This document shows positions 11,970 to 25,640 of a stretch of 64,000 bases of DNA, piece by piece (the stretch's first letter is position 1; the number at the start of each line of letters is the position of its first letter). Origin of the DNA: Octopus sinensis (Eukaryota); the NCBI RefSeq assembly GCF_006345805.1, contig NC_043006.1, forward strand, positions 10,912,001-10,976,000, read 5' to 3'. A model generated the notes under the pieces. That model saw only the letters and a program-made list of their open reading frames with translations, was not told the origin of the DNA and searched no databases. A program made the position numbers and the translations under genes.

Positions 11970-13155
11970 AAGAGGAGGTAAAATATTAAAGACAATACTA
12001 GGGGGAGCTAGAGTAGCGTGTTTGCAGTGTGGTTAAATATGAAGAGCTATTTATTTTCCCCAGACAGCTTCCTGTCATTATTATAGATCTGCTCATTCGT
12101 AGCTGACTTGAAAGCTAAAACGAAAACAACTCTATATTAACCTGTTCTCTGTCCATTCACAAACTTGTGTCGCTTGCGAGAATGGTGTCTAGCTTTGATT
12201 TATGTGACATTAAGTAACTAAGAAATAAATAAGACGTAAGTTTCTAGCAACGACGTGTTCCAAGTGGAATAACAAAATACTATACAGAAAGTCAATATTC
12301 TATTTATCAATTTTGCAGCTCCAAATTAATGTATCTTATCTCAACGACATCTGGATGTTATCTGACAGATATTTGGTTGTTACTACCAGTAGGTCGAGTT
12401 ACTTCTCAGAAGCTCCCTCAATAGGTTTGCACAGTCATAATTTTCAGCACGCTCTGAAAAGTTTTGTAGTCGTAATCCAAACTCAGGTGCCGTTTGGCAA
12501 TTGCATTAGCCACGTGGACGTGGGTGATCTTCAATAATCGATAATCAATAACGTAGAAGAAATGCATAGTTTAATCTCAGACTACCTCCACTACAAGCTT
12601 GGTTTCATCAACCATCTTTTCATTGACACTAAGGAGAATGAAATAAAAACAAAGCGAAAAGAAATTTCATTTATGAACTGTAGACAATATGGCGGAATAC
12701 AATGTTCCACTATGGTGCGCGGAACAGAGAATGGGAAAAAAAAGAATAAGAATTTGTTATTGTGCACCATCGTTGTACACACATTTCCGCCACTCTACCG
12801 TATGGAATACGAACGGAACGATAATTGTATGAGCTAAAATACGGATGTCTAATTAAATTGAGAGATGTGTTGATGTGCATATTTCGTTGTATTGATCTTA
12901 AAACACATACACATGCGTATAAGTTAGAAGGCATGAGAATGTGTGTGTATGTGTGTATATATGTACAATAGATGAGAATACGCCAAGAGGTGCAAATACA
13001 TGTATGTGTGTGTGTGTGTTCTGTGTGCATACATATTACTACGTATTTGTATCTATACATATATACACATAGATATGTACACATAGACACATATACAGAC
13101 ACACACACACACACACACCATATATATATATATATATATCCCACACGCATAGATG

Positions 13156-13186
<31 letters not shown>

Positions 13187-13345
13187 TGTGTGTGTTGTGT
13201 TGTGGGTTTGTGGGGTGTGTATGTATGCATATGTATATATGTACATCATATATATATATATACATTATACACACAAAAATATATATATATAATATATTAT
13301 ATATATATATATATATATGTATATTATATTGTATGTGTATTATAT

Positions 13346-13393
<48 letters not shown>

Positions 13394-13799
13394 GTATTGT
13401 ATATGTATGTGTATATATATATATAATATATAATATATATATATATATTATATATATATATATACACGCACATTTTTATATGTGGATATAAACATATGTA
13501 TATATGTTAGAGATAGACATTTTTTTTTTCCTTTTGATTCATTTGAACAATTAAAGAAATGTTATCCTCACTCCCCGCCGAAATCTTGCAATTTTATAAA
13601 TGTTATTCTCAAATATCTATAATTATAAAGTAAAATAAAAGAAATTCGTTTATCGATTTTTAACTTAAAGAACCATTTCCGTTTTTCGAATACTGTGATA
13701 ATTCTATTCAGAGCAAAATTTTATTATCTTTCAAAATCTTGTTTTCAGCGTCTCGTTTCATTACGTAGGTCTGTGATGGTGTTTATTGTAGCTGTTCTT

Positions 13800-14208
13800 A
13801 TGGTTATAGTAGTAGTGGTGGTGGTGGTGATTGTGGTGGTGGTGGTGGTGGTGGTGGTGGTAGTAGTTGTTGTTGTTGGTGTTGTTGCTTTGCTGCTGTT
13901 CTGGCAGGGGCAACAGTAGTAGCAGCAGCAACAGCAGCAGCGGCAGTAGTTGCAGTAGTAGTAGAGGTAGTAGTAGTAGTAGTAGTAGAGGTAGTATTAG
14001 TAGTAGTAGTAGTAGTAGTAGTAAGGATAGTAGTCGCTGTTGATGTAACAGCAGCAGCAGAAATAGTAGTAGTAATAGCAGTAGCAGTAGTAGTGGCAGC
14101 AGCAGCAGCAGTAGTAGTAGTTGTAGTAGTAGTAGTAGTAGTAGCAGCAACAGCAGCAGTAGTAGCAGTAGTAGTAGTAGTAGTAGCAGCAGCAGCAGCA
14201 GCAACAGC

Positions 14209-14261
<53 letters not shown>

Positions 14262-14290
14262 GGAATTATGGCGTCGGCGGCGGCGGCGGT
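13800..14290. repeat. Compound trinucleotide microsatellite (GTG/TAG/CAG)n
   Basis: Direct inspection; accounts for the poly-V, poly-L and poly-Y ORFs. Confidence 0.95.
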
Positions 14291-15116
14291 GTTGTCCCTG
14301 TTAAGCCCCCAGCGTTTTGTTTTACATACAGAATCCATAGTTTCATTTTCGTATTTGTTGTTGACGTTGTTGTTGTTGATTGTGATGGTGCTTTGGTTGT
14401 GTTGTTATCTCTTGTTGATGTTTTTGTTTTGGATTTTATAGATTTGATGATGCTGACGGTGATGATGTTCTTGCTGTTATTGTCGTCGTACTTATATATT
14501 TTTGCCTTTAGTTATTGAGTTAAATTTATTTTTTAATCCCTTTTAAAATTGCCAAATGCATAAGTATAGAATTGCATTTCATTTTCTGATTGGTTACTGC
14601 TTTTTTGTTCGTGACGTAATAACATGACAAAATAATACGAACACACGCGAATGCACTTACACGCACAGATAGACACTCACACGCAGCCGTACACGCATGC
14701 CGACACACGCACACCCTAACATTATATATATATATGTATGTATGTATATATATATATATATAATATATATATATATACACACATACATATATAGTATTCA
14801 TATTATATCTATATTATACAATTCTAGTATGAAGACCGTCCTCCGGGCGGTTTCCTGCTGGCCGCTTGTGAATATTTTCACATTTGATTCCCAATTCTAA
14901 TATTTTTTGTGATATTTTACGTTTATTTATTTTGTATGATAGTGCTCACTTTCTTAGTAAATATTGCTTTCATTGTTTTATCATAGTCATAATCTCCCTT
15001 TTCTAAACAAACATCAAGGTACTCCAACTACGGAGGGGAACAGTTTGTTAAGTTTTACCTTCCCCTCAAAGCAACATAGAGATTTCAATTCAGCAACCCA
15101 TCCGGAAGCTTTGCAT

Positions 15117-15151
<35 letters not shown>

Positions 15152-15170
15152 GAGAGAGAGACAGAGAGAA

Positions 15171-15225
<55 letters not shown>

Positions 15226-15556
15226 GCAGAGATGACATTGCTAATAATGAATGAAATATACATGAAATGAAAAGATCATATAAATAAAAGGGCATAACTG
15301 CAGGTGTATACGCCCCCGATTTTATTGCGTCAGAACATACAGAAAATTTCTACAGATACCGCTTAGATGTTGTAACTTCAGAGTATATATATATATATAC
15401 GTGTGAGTGCGTATATCAATATACACTTATTTCTTCCTTTCTCTCTTATCCCTCTACATACACAATCACATTAGCCAGCAGAATAAACACATAAGTCTAT
15501 CTACAGAAACTTGACCATTCTTAGTATTCTTCCCTTTCGTTTCTTGTGGTTTACTG

Positions 15557-15888
15557 GAAGCACTCCGTGGGTTACGACGATGAGGGTTCCGGTTGATCCG
15601 AATCAACGGAACAGCCTTCTCGTGAAATTAACGTGTAAGTGGCTGAGCACTCTACAGACACGTGTACCCTTAACGTAGTTCTCGGGGATATTCAGCGTGA
15701 CACAGAGAGTGACAAGGCCGGCCCCTTGAAATACAGGTACAACAGAAATAGGAAGTAAGAGTGAGAGAAAGTTGTAGTGAAAGAGTACAGCAGGGATCAC
15801 CACCATCTCCTGCCAGAGCCTGGTGGAGCTTTTAGGTGTTTTCGCTCAATAAACACTCACAACGCCCGGTCTGGGAATCGAAACCGCG
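15557..15888 (-). mobile_element. SINE family D (family-C-type head with a different body), head truncated
   Basis: gaagcactccg...gtggctgagcactc...cccttgaaatacaggtac joined to family C 5' half; matches 34521-34907. Confidence 0.82.
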
Positions 15889-16306
15889 ACGTGGTTTACT
15901 ACTCTCTTTAGAAACACCTCCTCCTGTACCCTTTTCCTGTACCCATCCCTTAATGACATTCTAACATGTCACCCCCACCCCACACTTCTTCATTACTTAC
16001 ATTCTTAACTCTTCCTATCCCTCACCTACTCCTTTCCTATCCCCCCCTTAATATCTTGATCACCAAGTTACACTCCTTTATACTTTTTTTACTTCCTTAC
16101 GCATTTTCATTTTCTCTTCTTATTTTCACTTTCCCTCCCTCTTCCTCTCCTTTTCTCGCCTTTTCCTTTGACCTCTCTCTCTTCATTTTAACACATACAT
16201 CCACTTAATACCGTCATTACATTATCAAAGTTTCATTCACACCACAAGTCACCTTTCAATGAACAGAACCTAGGTACATGTGTGTACGTGTGTGTGTATG
16301 TGTATG

Positions 16307-16341
<35 letters not shown>

Positions 16342-16346
16342 ATATC

Positions 16347-16386
<40 letters not shown>

Positions 16387-16453
16387 GTGCATCAGCATGG
16401 CCGCAGCTCTGAGCTAAAACTAGAAAAAAAAATTATATGTATATATATATAAA

Positions 16454-16489
<36 letters not shown>

Positions 16490-16492
16490 CAG

Positions 16493-16537
<45 letters not shown>

Positions 16538-16623
16538 TATATATAGATATACATATATATATATTATATATAATATATACATATATATATATTATATATA
16601 TATATATATATATAATATAGATC

Positions 16624-16678
<55 letters not shown>

Positions 16679-16839
16679 GTCTCAAATGACTGAAACGGTA
16701 CTGAAATGTTCTTTATAAAATTATTTTTGGATTTTCTATCGACTTGTTTTTTCAATATGTATCTATATATATATATATCTAATATATATATATATATTAT
16801 ATATATATACTATATACTCATGAAGTCAGTCAGATAGAC

Positions 16840-16880
16840 AGATATAGCTAGACAGTTAGATAGATAGATAGATAGATAGG

Positions 16881-16927
<47 letters not shown>

Positions 16928-17060
16928 CTAGGTATGTATGTATGTATATAGGTAGGTAGGTAGGTAGGTAGGTAGGTAGGTAGGTTTGTAGGTAGGTAGG
17001 TAGGCAGGTAGGTAGGTAGGTAGGTAGGTAGGTAGGTAGGTAGGTAGGTAGGTAGGTAGA
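16840..17060. repeat. (AGAT)n/(AGGT)n microsatellite
   Basis: Direct inspection. Confidence 0.95.
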
Positions 17061-17580
17061 TATTTCGATGAAATTTACAGCAGTTCTGTTTTGTTTCAAA
17101 ATATAATTTTATTAGAAGTGAGTAAGAATATGTTACTGCTGTGTCTCGATAAACAGGATTGCTTCTTCACACGTAACACCTTCTTGAGACTAGTGTTACT
17201 TTAGACTCCTGGTAACTGTCGGTGAATCGGAATTAATGGAAATAGGTTGATTAATTGATTGTATTCTTTGTCAGGCGAACCTTAACACGATTAAGAACGT
17301 TGTTGATGACACCAGTTCATTTGAGAAGAATCTAGAAACGGTTCTGCTTTAGGATTAGTTCGTAGTGAATCATGTGACGTGTGCCCTGATCCAACATATG
17401 ATTGGTCGGGTGATGGCACATATAATCCCGACGTTCTTGATTTTCTTTTTCATCTTTTCCATCCCGCACCCGCGAGTGGCACTACTTCGAAGTTACTGAA
17501 CAAGAACTTTGGCGTGTTGCAGTATGCTGAGTTCTGGTTTCGTTTTAAAATGCCGTAGAATAATAGATGTTATAGAATTT

Positions 17581-17816
17581 CTCTTTTACTTGTTTCAGTC
17601 ATTTGACTGTAGCCATGCCGGAGCACCGCCTTTAGTCGAGCAAATCGACCCCAGGACTTATTCTTTGTAAGCCTAGTACTTATACTATCGGTCTCTTTTG
17701 CCGAACCGCTAGGTTACGGGGATGTAAACACACCAGCATCGGTTGTCAAGCGATGTTGGGAGACAAACACAGACACACACCCATACATACACACGCACAC
17801 ACACACACACACGTAT

Positions 17817-17847
<31 letters not shown>

Positions 17848-17997
17848 CATATATACGACGAGCTTCTTTCAGTTTCCGTCTACCAAATCTACTCACAAGG
17901 CTATAGTAGAAGACACTTGCCCAAGGTGCCACGCAGTGGTACTGAACGCGGAGAAACGTGGTTCGTGAGCCAGCTACTTACCACACATCCACTCCTA
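17581..17997 (-). mobile_element. SINE family B
   Basis: Reverse complement of 4561-4961. Confidence 0.85.
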
Positions 17998-18004
17998 CGC
18001 CAGG

Positions 18005-18560
18005 TTGTAAACTTTGGATGTCTTTCTATATGTAGGTGCTTTCTTATGACGACCACCATGTTGCTTTTGCATATTCCTGAGTATTTTGATTTCAAAGTTT
18101 GATTCGGAAATACCATTTATGTAATGCTGGTGTTACTATGTTAAGTTACGTTGTTGATGACGTTTTCCTTTTACCGTTTTTCTGTTAACCAGAACAGGTC
18201 CGATGTTTTGCCGGAGGATATATCGGCGCCGTAAACCGCTCTTTCTTTTTTTACCGCATTTACATTTTGTAGAACTGACATCTATTCTACGAAAGTTGCA
18301 TGTCGTTCATTCTCGTTCTAAGACTTAGCATTGTTGTAGAATACTTTTTCTTACATTAGACATGTCTCCCAACTAAATCTCACACACATGCTGTGCTTGT
18401 TGAAAACTTTGTGAATCTCTTTTCCTGTAGGAAGATTTTGCTGATGAGCAATAAATTTATTCATTTTTGTAGGGTAAGTTGTATCATATTAGTATTCCAA
18501 TCCTTTTGAAGTTGTGTTTTTTTTATATTTTTCTCTGGTAGGTATCTGATTTTGTTTGGT
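18005..18560 (-). pseudogene. Heavily decayed PLE linker/GIY-YIG endonuclease remnant
   Basis: Frameshifted minus-strand peptides (HKVFNKHS; AVYGADISSGKT..LTE; KKAPTYRKTSKVYNL) resemble the C-terminal region of the 53-57 kb PLE type. Confidence 0.42.
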
Positions 18561-19619
18561 AGTGGTTGTAGTGCCTTACTAAATTGTAGCATCGATGGAT
18601 TTATTGAATCAGTTTCATCTAAGGATAAATATATTATCACATTTTAATATGAAGCTTGAAACCATGGAATATTAAGTTGAATATAATTATTATAAATCAA
18701 TATAGATATCTATAAATATATGTGTGTATGTGCGTTTCTGGTTATCACTTTATCTCTTTCACTATCCTCTCCTTTCACCCGTTAAGGAAAACCTGAATGG
18801 ATAAACTACAAAATGCTTTCCGTTATTCCTCTGTGACACTCGATAATAAATAAAACGGGTTAGATTTTCAAACGTGTAGTTCTTTACTGGAAAGTCGCAC
18901 CCCACATTACATCGCAGAAATGAGGAATATTCTATATCAACCTAAATTCAGCAATAAGCAGAAATAATTTTCTGAAAATTCTTTTATAAACAGGAGAGTA
19001 AATTTAAAGCTTCCTATTAAGATATACGCCATATCTGACACAAATGAGAGAATTCATAATATATATGTTTTGCACATGAAAGGAATTGGATCAAATGCTA
19101 AATAGTACCATGCCTTTCTCTCTGAGTTGACAAGTTGTATACGATAAATGAAAGAACCTTGTATCATAATTAGAGGGCATTGCTTTCGACACACAACATA
19201 GTTTTGTCCCCTGCATAAGCTACTTCACACAATTCCTACAGAACTGAGACTGTATAATGAACCATTGCAGTGTAGTTGTGTTACATCACAAACTTGCAAA
19301 ATCTTTGGGCAAACTGGTCATGGAATATTTTCTCAGCTTCTGTGGTACATGCACAGCTATGAAATGAGGAAAATTGCTCACTGTATTTCTCACGGAGATA
19401 TTAATATTGGTCTCCATCATAACATTACATTTATAAATCACATATACTGCTAGGCATCGAGTAGAAAATGGACATGACATTTTGTCTAAACACTTGCGTC
19501 CAATATTATCTAAAACATGAAATTTATTATAACGGGTACGCGATCCTACATTATTATGGCGGATTAGTTCAAGCTCACGAGAATTACCGGTGTTCACATG
19601 TTTGTTACCGGAGTTTATA

Positions 19620-20760
19620 TTATTAGATCGTCAAGTATGAAATTTATAGAAAAGAGGAAAAGTTTTCTGTTTTATAAATACAAGGAATAGTTTTATTCAT
19701 CAAAGTATGCCCCCATATTGTCAGTTCATTTTGCCATTTCAGCGGTAGCTTATCCACCCCGGAACTGTAAAAGACTGGCAATCTAGAGTAAATAAAATCT
19801 TGGAAGGCCTGTTTTACAGCATCGTCGGAATTAGATTTTTTTTCTTCTCAAAACGTTATCCAAATTCTGGAAGAAGTGATAGTCAGTGGAGGCAAGATCA
19901 GGTGAGTATGATGGATGATGGAGCTCCTGTAGTATCGCCAATATCATTTTTGAGATATATGGTCTGGCGTTGTCTAGCAATAAAATAAAAGTGGATCTGT
20001 TGACTAATCTAGTCTGTATTTTGGGTTTTTTTTTTAGTTTCTGCATCATTTGGTCCAGTTGACTGCAGTATACTTCGGTCGTGATTGATGAGCCAGGTTT
20101 AGTGAAATCATAATGGATCACACCTGCGCCAGAGCCCCAAACACACACCATCAGCTTCTTTTGAGGAATTTTGCTTTTTGGACTGTGTTTTGATGGCTCG
20201 TCTTTGTCGAATCATTATGCTGAACGTTTAAGATTGTTGTATTGGATCCATTTCTCATCACATGATACAATTCGATTCAAAAATGATACATTTTTGTGAC
20301 GAGAAAGTAGCATAATGCAGGCTCCAAACATTGCTGTTTCTTATTTTCGTTGAATTCATGTGGAACCCACTTACCCAACTTTTTCACTTTACCGATTTGA
20401 ACTAGGTGAGTCAATGATGTTTGCTTGCTAACACCAAACAACGACGATAATTTACAACCACTTTGAGATGGATCTGACTCGACGGTGTCTTTCACTTCAT
20501 TATCCACCTTTGTTTCTGATCGACCGCGTTGCTCAGTGTGAGGTCAAAGTTACCAGAACGAAATTTTGCAAACCAATTTGATACTCTCAGCTGAGTAATA
20601 ACTTTAGAATGAAATACTCCATTAATATCCGAGCTGTGATGTTGTATTTCCAAGAAAGAACTCAAAACTGTACGAATTATCGACTTATCCATCTCTAAAT
20701 AAAAATAGGAAAAAATGATTTATAAAATTCTTTATAAAGAGCAGTATGGGTTAGAATAAA
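19620..20760 (-). mobile_element. Decayed mariner (DD34D) transposon
   Basis: Frameshifted ORFs 20492-20692, 20277-20507 and 19831-20151 carry WFAKFRSGNFDL, KWVPHE, CDEKW, DNARP and YSPDLASTDYHFF; no matching TIR pair found. Confidence 0.88.
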
Positions 20761-20782
20761 TATATGTGTCAGCTTTCTAACA

Positions 20783-20958
20783 CACACATATAAATAGGTA
20801 TATAAATAAATATATACGACATGCTTCTTTCAGTTTCCTTTCACCTAATCCACTCACAAGTATTTGGGTGGCCCAATGGTATAGTAGAAGATACTTGCTC
20901 AAGGTGCAATGCAATGGAATGTGCTTCGGAAGCAAACTTCTTACCACACAGCCAGGCC
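20783..20958 (-). mobile_element. SINE family B, 5' part
   Basis: cttctttcagtttcc...tagtagaagatacttgctcaagg...ttaccacacagcc. Confidence 0.7.
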
Positions 20959-22283
20959 TACGCCTCAAAATTTTTCTTTCGAAGCAAACAGCGTCAGTCG
21001 GCAGTTGAGCCCGGATCACTGCTTTGAAGACAGCCGATCATAACGGTTTATTGATAGTATACCCGATTATATTCCTGATGATTTGAGGTTATAATTACTT
21101 AGACTATGCAAGCACATGAACAAAATTTCTTTTGGCGATTTGGACAGCACAGCCCAATCAGAAATGACCAGATGTCTCGCAGACTTTGGATCCCTCTTCG
21201 TTTAATTATTCTACAGCTAGTTTAATTATGGCTTCTACAATTAAAAGAGAATTAACCCTAATTTTCTTTGTTTTGTTTCCTTTCTGTTTTCATCTTTAAT
21301 AACCCATTGCCTTCAAAGAAAAATGTGTGTGTATTCATTTATTTATTTGCATGTCTAAACATATCAAAGACAAAAGTGTTTTGAACCCAATATTTAAACG
21401 CTATTACTCATAAGTCAATCATTGAATGCGAACGATGGAACTGAATTATTTCAAGTGCTTTCGAAATTTCTAAATTCTTATGATGTGTGTGTGTGTATGT
21501 ATTACTCGGGTCCATATTCCCTGAAGAATTCCTGGGTGTAGGACAGCTCCTTTTTTGACAGATATTCGGAAAGAGAACAAGATTATGTGAACGTGTTCGG
21601 TGCCTAGAATATTAAAGTGGTGTGCAGCTTGGTAATGCTGTTAGTTAATACGTGTAACTATATCCAAATGTATTGAGTGCTACTTTCATATATTCACTTG
21701 CCCGTAAATGTTTGTCTGTATGTGTATGTGTATATATGTGTGGAAATGTATATATGTGTGGAAATGTATATTTGTGTGTGTATGTGTGTGTAGGTATTTG
21801 CAAATACGCACACGTATACGTGTATATATATAATGTGTGTGTGCGTGTTTTTGTGAGTGGTTTGTATGTGTGTGTATTCCCATCATATGCGTATCCAAGT
21901 AAAAACGAATAGCTTTATTCTGTGAACGTCCTTTAATAAATTTGATATTCATCATACAAGATGATTTATATATTTTTATCGATATACACTTTCTTGTGTT
22001 CTGCGAGTTTTAATGGCTTCGACTATGATTCTCATTATATAACTTTGGCATTATCAGACAGAGAAATGTAAGACTTCCGATTCTCATAATCTACAGTCCT
22101 GACAATAATGTAATTTAAATCTTCCTGCGTCTACATTTAGGTGTTTTTCTGTTAAAAGCGGACATTTCGTCAATGCTGACGATCCGCCATGGCGTTTAAA
22201 CAATTTTCTTATCACTTGGTCTGTGTAAATACATATAAAGTATAAGTTTGTGTGTGTGTGTGTATATATATATCTATATATAT

Positions 22284-22321
<38 letters not shown>

Positions 22322-22516
22322 CACGCACACAAAAGAGATACACACACATACGTACTCACATGCATATATTCTAGAGTTGGTGTGAGCTACTGCTATGTCT
22401 AGCGGAGCAGTATCCACCACTGAGGATGAGCACAGAGCTCGAAAGCGTACGATCTGGCGGTCCTGTCACTAGAAGATGGTAGGGGTTCGCTCTCCTGCTT
22501 GCAATATATATATATA

Positions 22517-22904
22517 CTCTTTTACTTGTTTCAGTCATTTGACTGCGGCCATGCTGGAGCACCGCCTTTAGTCGAGAAAATCGACCCCGGGACTTATTCT
22601 TTGTAAGCCCAGTACTTATTCTATCGGTCTCTTTTGCCAAACAGCTAAGTGACGGGGACGTAAACACACCAGCATTGGTTGTCAAGCAATGCTAGGGGGA
22701 CAAACACAAACATATACACACACCCATACATATATATACATATATACAACAGGCTTCTTTCAGTTTCCGTCTACCAAATCCACTCACAAGGCATTGATCG
22801 GCCGGGGGATAGAGCAGAAGACACTTGCCCAAGATGCCATGCAGTGGGACTGAACCCGGAACCATGTGGTTGGTTAGCAAGCTACTTACTACACAGCCAC
22901 TCCT
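22517..22904 (-). mobile_element. SINE family B
   Basis: Reverse complement of 4561-4961. Confidence 0.86.
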
Positions 22905-23091
22905 GTGCCTATATATAAATTAGAGATAATATTAAATTAGAGATAAAACCACTATTAGGCAAATCAAACAATGAAAGACATAAAGCAAAACATAAAAATA
23001 AAAATGATTAATATAATATACAAAATATATAGAATATAAAATTTAAAAATTTAAATTATTTAAATTAAAATTGAAATTATTAATATATATT

Positions 23092-23129
<38 letters not shown>

Positions 23130-23135
<6 letters not shown>

Positions 23136-23345
23136 GTTAATCCAAACATGAAAACAAAGAGAAAACACAACAACGCGAGGACGTGGAAAAGTATAGTGTT
23201 ATTGGACGCTCAGGAAAGGAAACAAAGAATGAGGATTTAACGTTTCGAGCGGAACTCTTCGTCAGAAACATTGGAAAGGGAAAGATCCAAGGAAGGGAGG
23301 ACGGAGAAAAAAAAAAGCCGAACGATACACACGCGGTCACATTTT
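23130..23345 (-). mobile_element. Short TA-flanked element with a canonical-core mini-hammerhead at 23236-23268
   Basis: Minus strand reads TTT-CTGACGA-A-GAG(TTCCG)CTC-GAAA-CG-TT-AAA; layout parallels the gggagag family. Confidence 0.62.
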
Positions 23346-23359
23346 GAATGTATATATAT

Positions 23360-24020
23360 CGGCTGCAGGTTACATGGAATAACCAGCTGAAGGAGGCATC
23401 CTTCTGAGTTTATAATGGTAGTAGTGTCAGTTCGTACAGAACATCCATGTTGAAGTGGGAATAAACGTTACTTCTCAGTATAGTTACAACTTTTATATCT
23501 TATACATATTTTCTAATTAATTGTATTTATAATTATATAAATGAGTAACAAAGATTACAGGTGTCAGTTCATTACGCCCGTTTCGAGTCACTCATTTAAT
23601 TGATTAATGAAATTATTACATCATAGACTTCAAACAGAAAGGACAAATCAACTGCTTTAACATATTCGCATCACCAACGTAGCTCAAATACTTACATTGA
23701 TTATGGTGCTATATCTTTGGCAGAATGAATTTCGAAAATAATCTGTGTAGTGTCGAATATACTAGAATTTAGAGGTCAGTAGAGGTTATAGTGGAGTGAA
23801 GAACAATTGAGTGTAGTGACCTTGTTACCTACACTTCAAAGACAATAGGGGGGAATGTATTCTTCAATCGTCCAAAAATAAATCTTTTGGGAGGTGTAGC
23901 TGTATTCTGGACAATAGTGATAAATTAATTAATATCATGACGACTGCCTAGACTAAGTAGTGGAAACTTATATCCGGTAACTATCAAGTGCAAACTCTTC
24001 TGCATAGTGTTTGATATTCA
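23360..24020 (+). pseudogene. Possible decayed leucine-rich-repeat coding sequence
   Basis: One stop-riddled + frame gives LRR-like pieces (ITPVSSHSFN*LMKLLH, LTLIMVLYLWQNEF, YLHFKDN, LISGNYQVQTL); hand translation only. Confidence 0.25.
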
Positions 24021-24123
24021 CCTGATATTGTTTGAGTGTGCAAATTTGATCGACCTAACAAGGTGTCTCAGTTTAAGTACCTAATTGAAACTGAAACTTA
24101 ATTATATATATATATAAATATGC

Positions 24124-24168
<45 letters not shown>

Positions 24169-24238
24169 CACACATATATACATATAAAGATATATATGCA
24201 TATACATATATATGCGTATATATATATATGAATATAAC

Positions 24239-24575
24239 TGCAGCATGGAAGGTGTTTGTAAGCCATTTAAGAAACAACAAAAGCCGTTCGATTCACTTCA
24301 ACATTTAAGTTTAATTTGTCAAAATATTTTCGTCGCTAAAATCCGCGACCTGTTCACTGACAAAAATCCGTGCTGCATCACGGATTTTTGTCAGTGAACA
24401 GGTCGCGGATTTTAGCGACGAATATTTTGACAAATTAAACTTAAATGTTGAAGTGAATCGAACGGCTTTTGTCTGTTTCTTAAATGCTTACAAACACCTT
24501 CCACGCTGCAATTGTTTTCGTTCAGCACACGATCACAGATCAAATCACTTGCTATGCAAGTACATCTCCGTACTA
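24239..24575. repeat. Long fold-back (~134-bp arms, 6-nt loop) plus a short tail, in (TA)n
   Basis: 24239-24372 is the reverse complement of 24379-24511 apart from a few substitutions and indels; loop ctgcat. Confidence 0.92.
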
Positions 24576-24576
24576 T

Positions 24577-24622
<46 letters not shown>

Positions 24623-24649
24623 TACAGACACAAATATATATATATATAC

Positions 24650-24870
24650 TAGAGTAAGCACATGAATGTGAATCAAGATGGAGAATAATAGTACTCGAAT
24701 AAAGACAGAGAATATGCTTTTTGCTTATAATACAGCCGCATAGACATCACAAAAACTGTTACTCAGAGTTTAAAATTCCCGTTCGTCGGACAGCTTTGGT
24801 TGATTCTCAACCAACACTGACGAACTGGAACGTGAAACTCTGAGTAACAGTTTTAGTGATGTCTTTGCGG
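24650..24870. mobile_element. Diverged relative of the 2440-2705 HHR fold-back element
   Basis: Inverted repeat 24743-24863 with CTGACGA-ACTGGAACGT-GAAA-CTCTGAG-TA; tail similar to the reverse complement of 2635-2705. Confidence 0.7.
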
Positions 24871-24892
24871 CTTTATTAATAAAGTGTGTGTG

Positions 24893-24929
<37 letters not shown>

Positions 24930-24952
24930 CATACATTACATATATATATGGT

Positions 24953-25001
<49 letters not shown>

Positions 25002-25039
25002 AGATAATAGATATAGAATATATATATACATATATAAAT

Positions 25040-25096
<57 letters not shown>

Positions 25097-25176
25097 GTGT
25101 GTATATATGTATGTATATATATATATATTATTATATATTATCTATATACATACATACATACATAATATATATGTGT

Positions 25177-25224
<48 letters not shown>

Positions 25225-25640
25225 ATAGATTATATAATATATATACATATAATAATAACACCCACCATATATTATATAATATATATACATATATATATAT
25301 ATATTATGTGTGTGTGGTGGTATATATTTAGGTATTATATAATATATTATATAATATATATATATATCTATATATATATAATATATTTCGCCTTAATGTA
25401 CTGTATAATGAAAAATATATGGCTTGTGTTAGTAATACCAGCGATTATAATTATTTTTTTATTCTATTCGCAATTTGATTTGTTTACATATTTCTCGATA
25501 AATTATGAGCGCCAGGCGATATACCAGAATTCCCTAGTGTTGTCGGGACGTTCGGAGTCTGCGCAGTGATATGATTAGTTAGGAAGATTAACTCATTAAC
25601 GCACATGCTTCTAGTGAGTTAGGATCCCAGAAAAACAGGG

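Noticed and set aside
13695-14518. Long poly-V, poly-L, poly-Y/C and poly-A/V ORFs
   Set aside because: Translations of (GTG/TAG/CAG)n microsatellite; open on several frames and both strands, with no domain
19265-19600. 103-aa ORF with a CP..C..C start and TSLPKDF, reminiscent of an LRR N-cap
   Set aside because: Only one LRR-like phrase; insufficient without a database search
25555-25610. Possible antisense hammerhead in the array monomer (GCGT-CTAATGA-GTTA..TAAC-TAAT-CATA-TC in units 2-3)
   Set aside because: Three core mismatches (G5, G12, A15.1) and a bulged stem I; explained equally well as the mirror image of an ordinary hairpin
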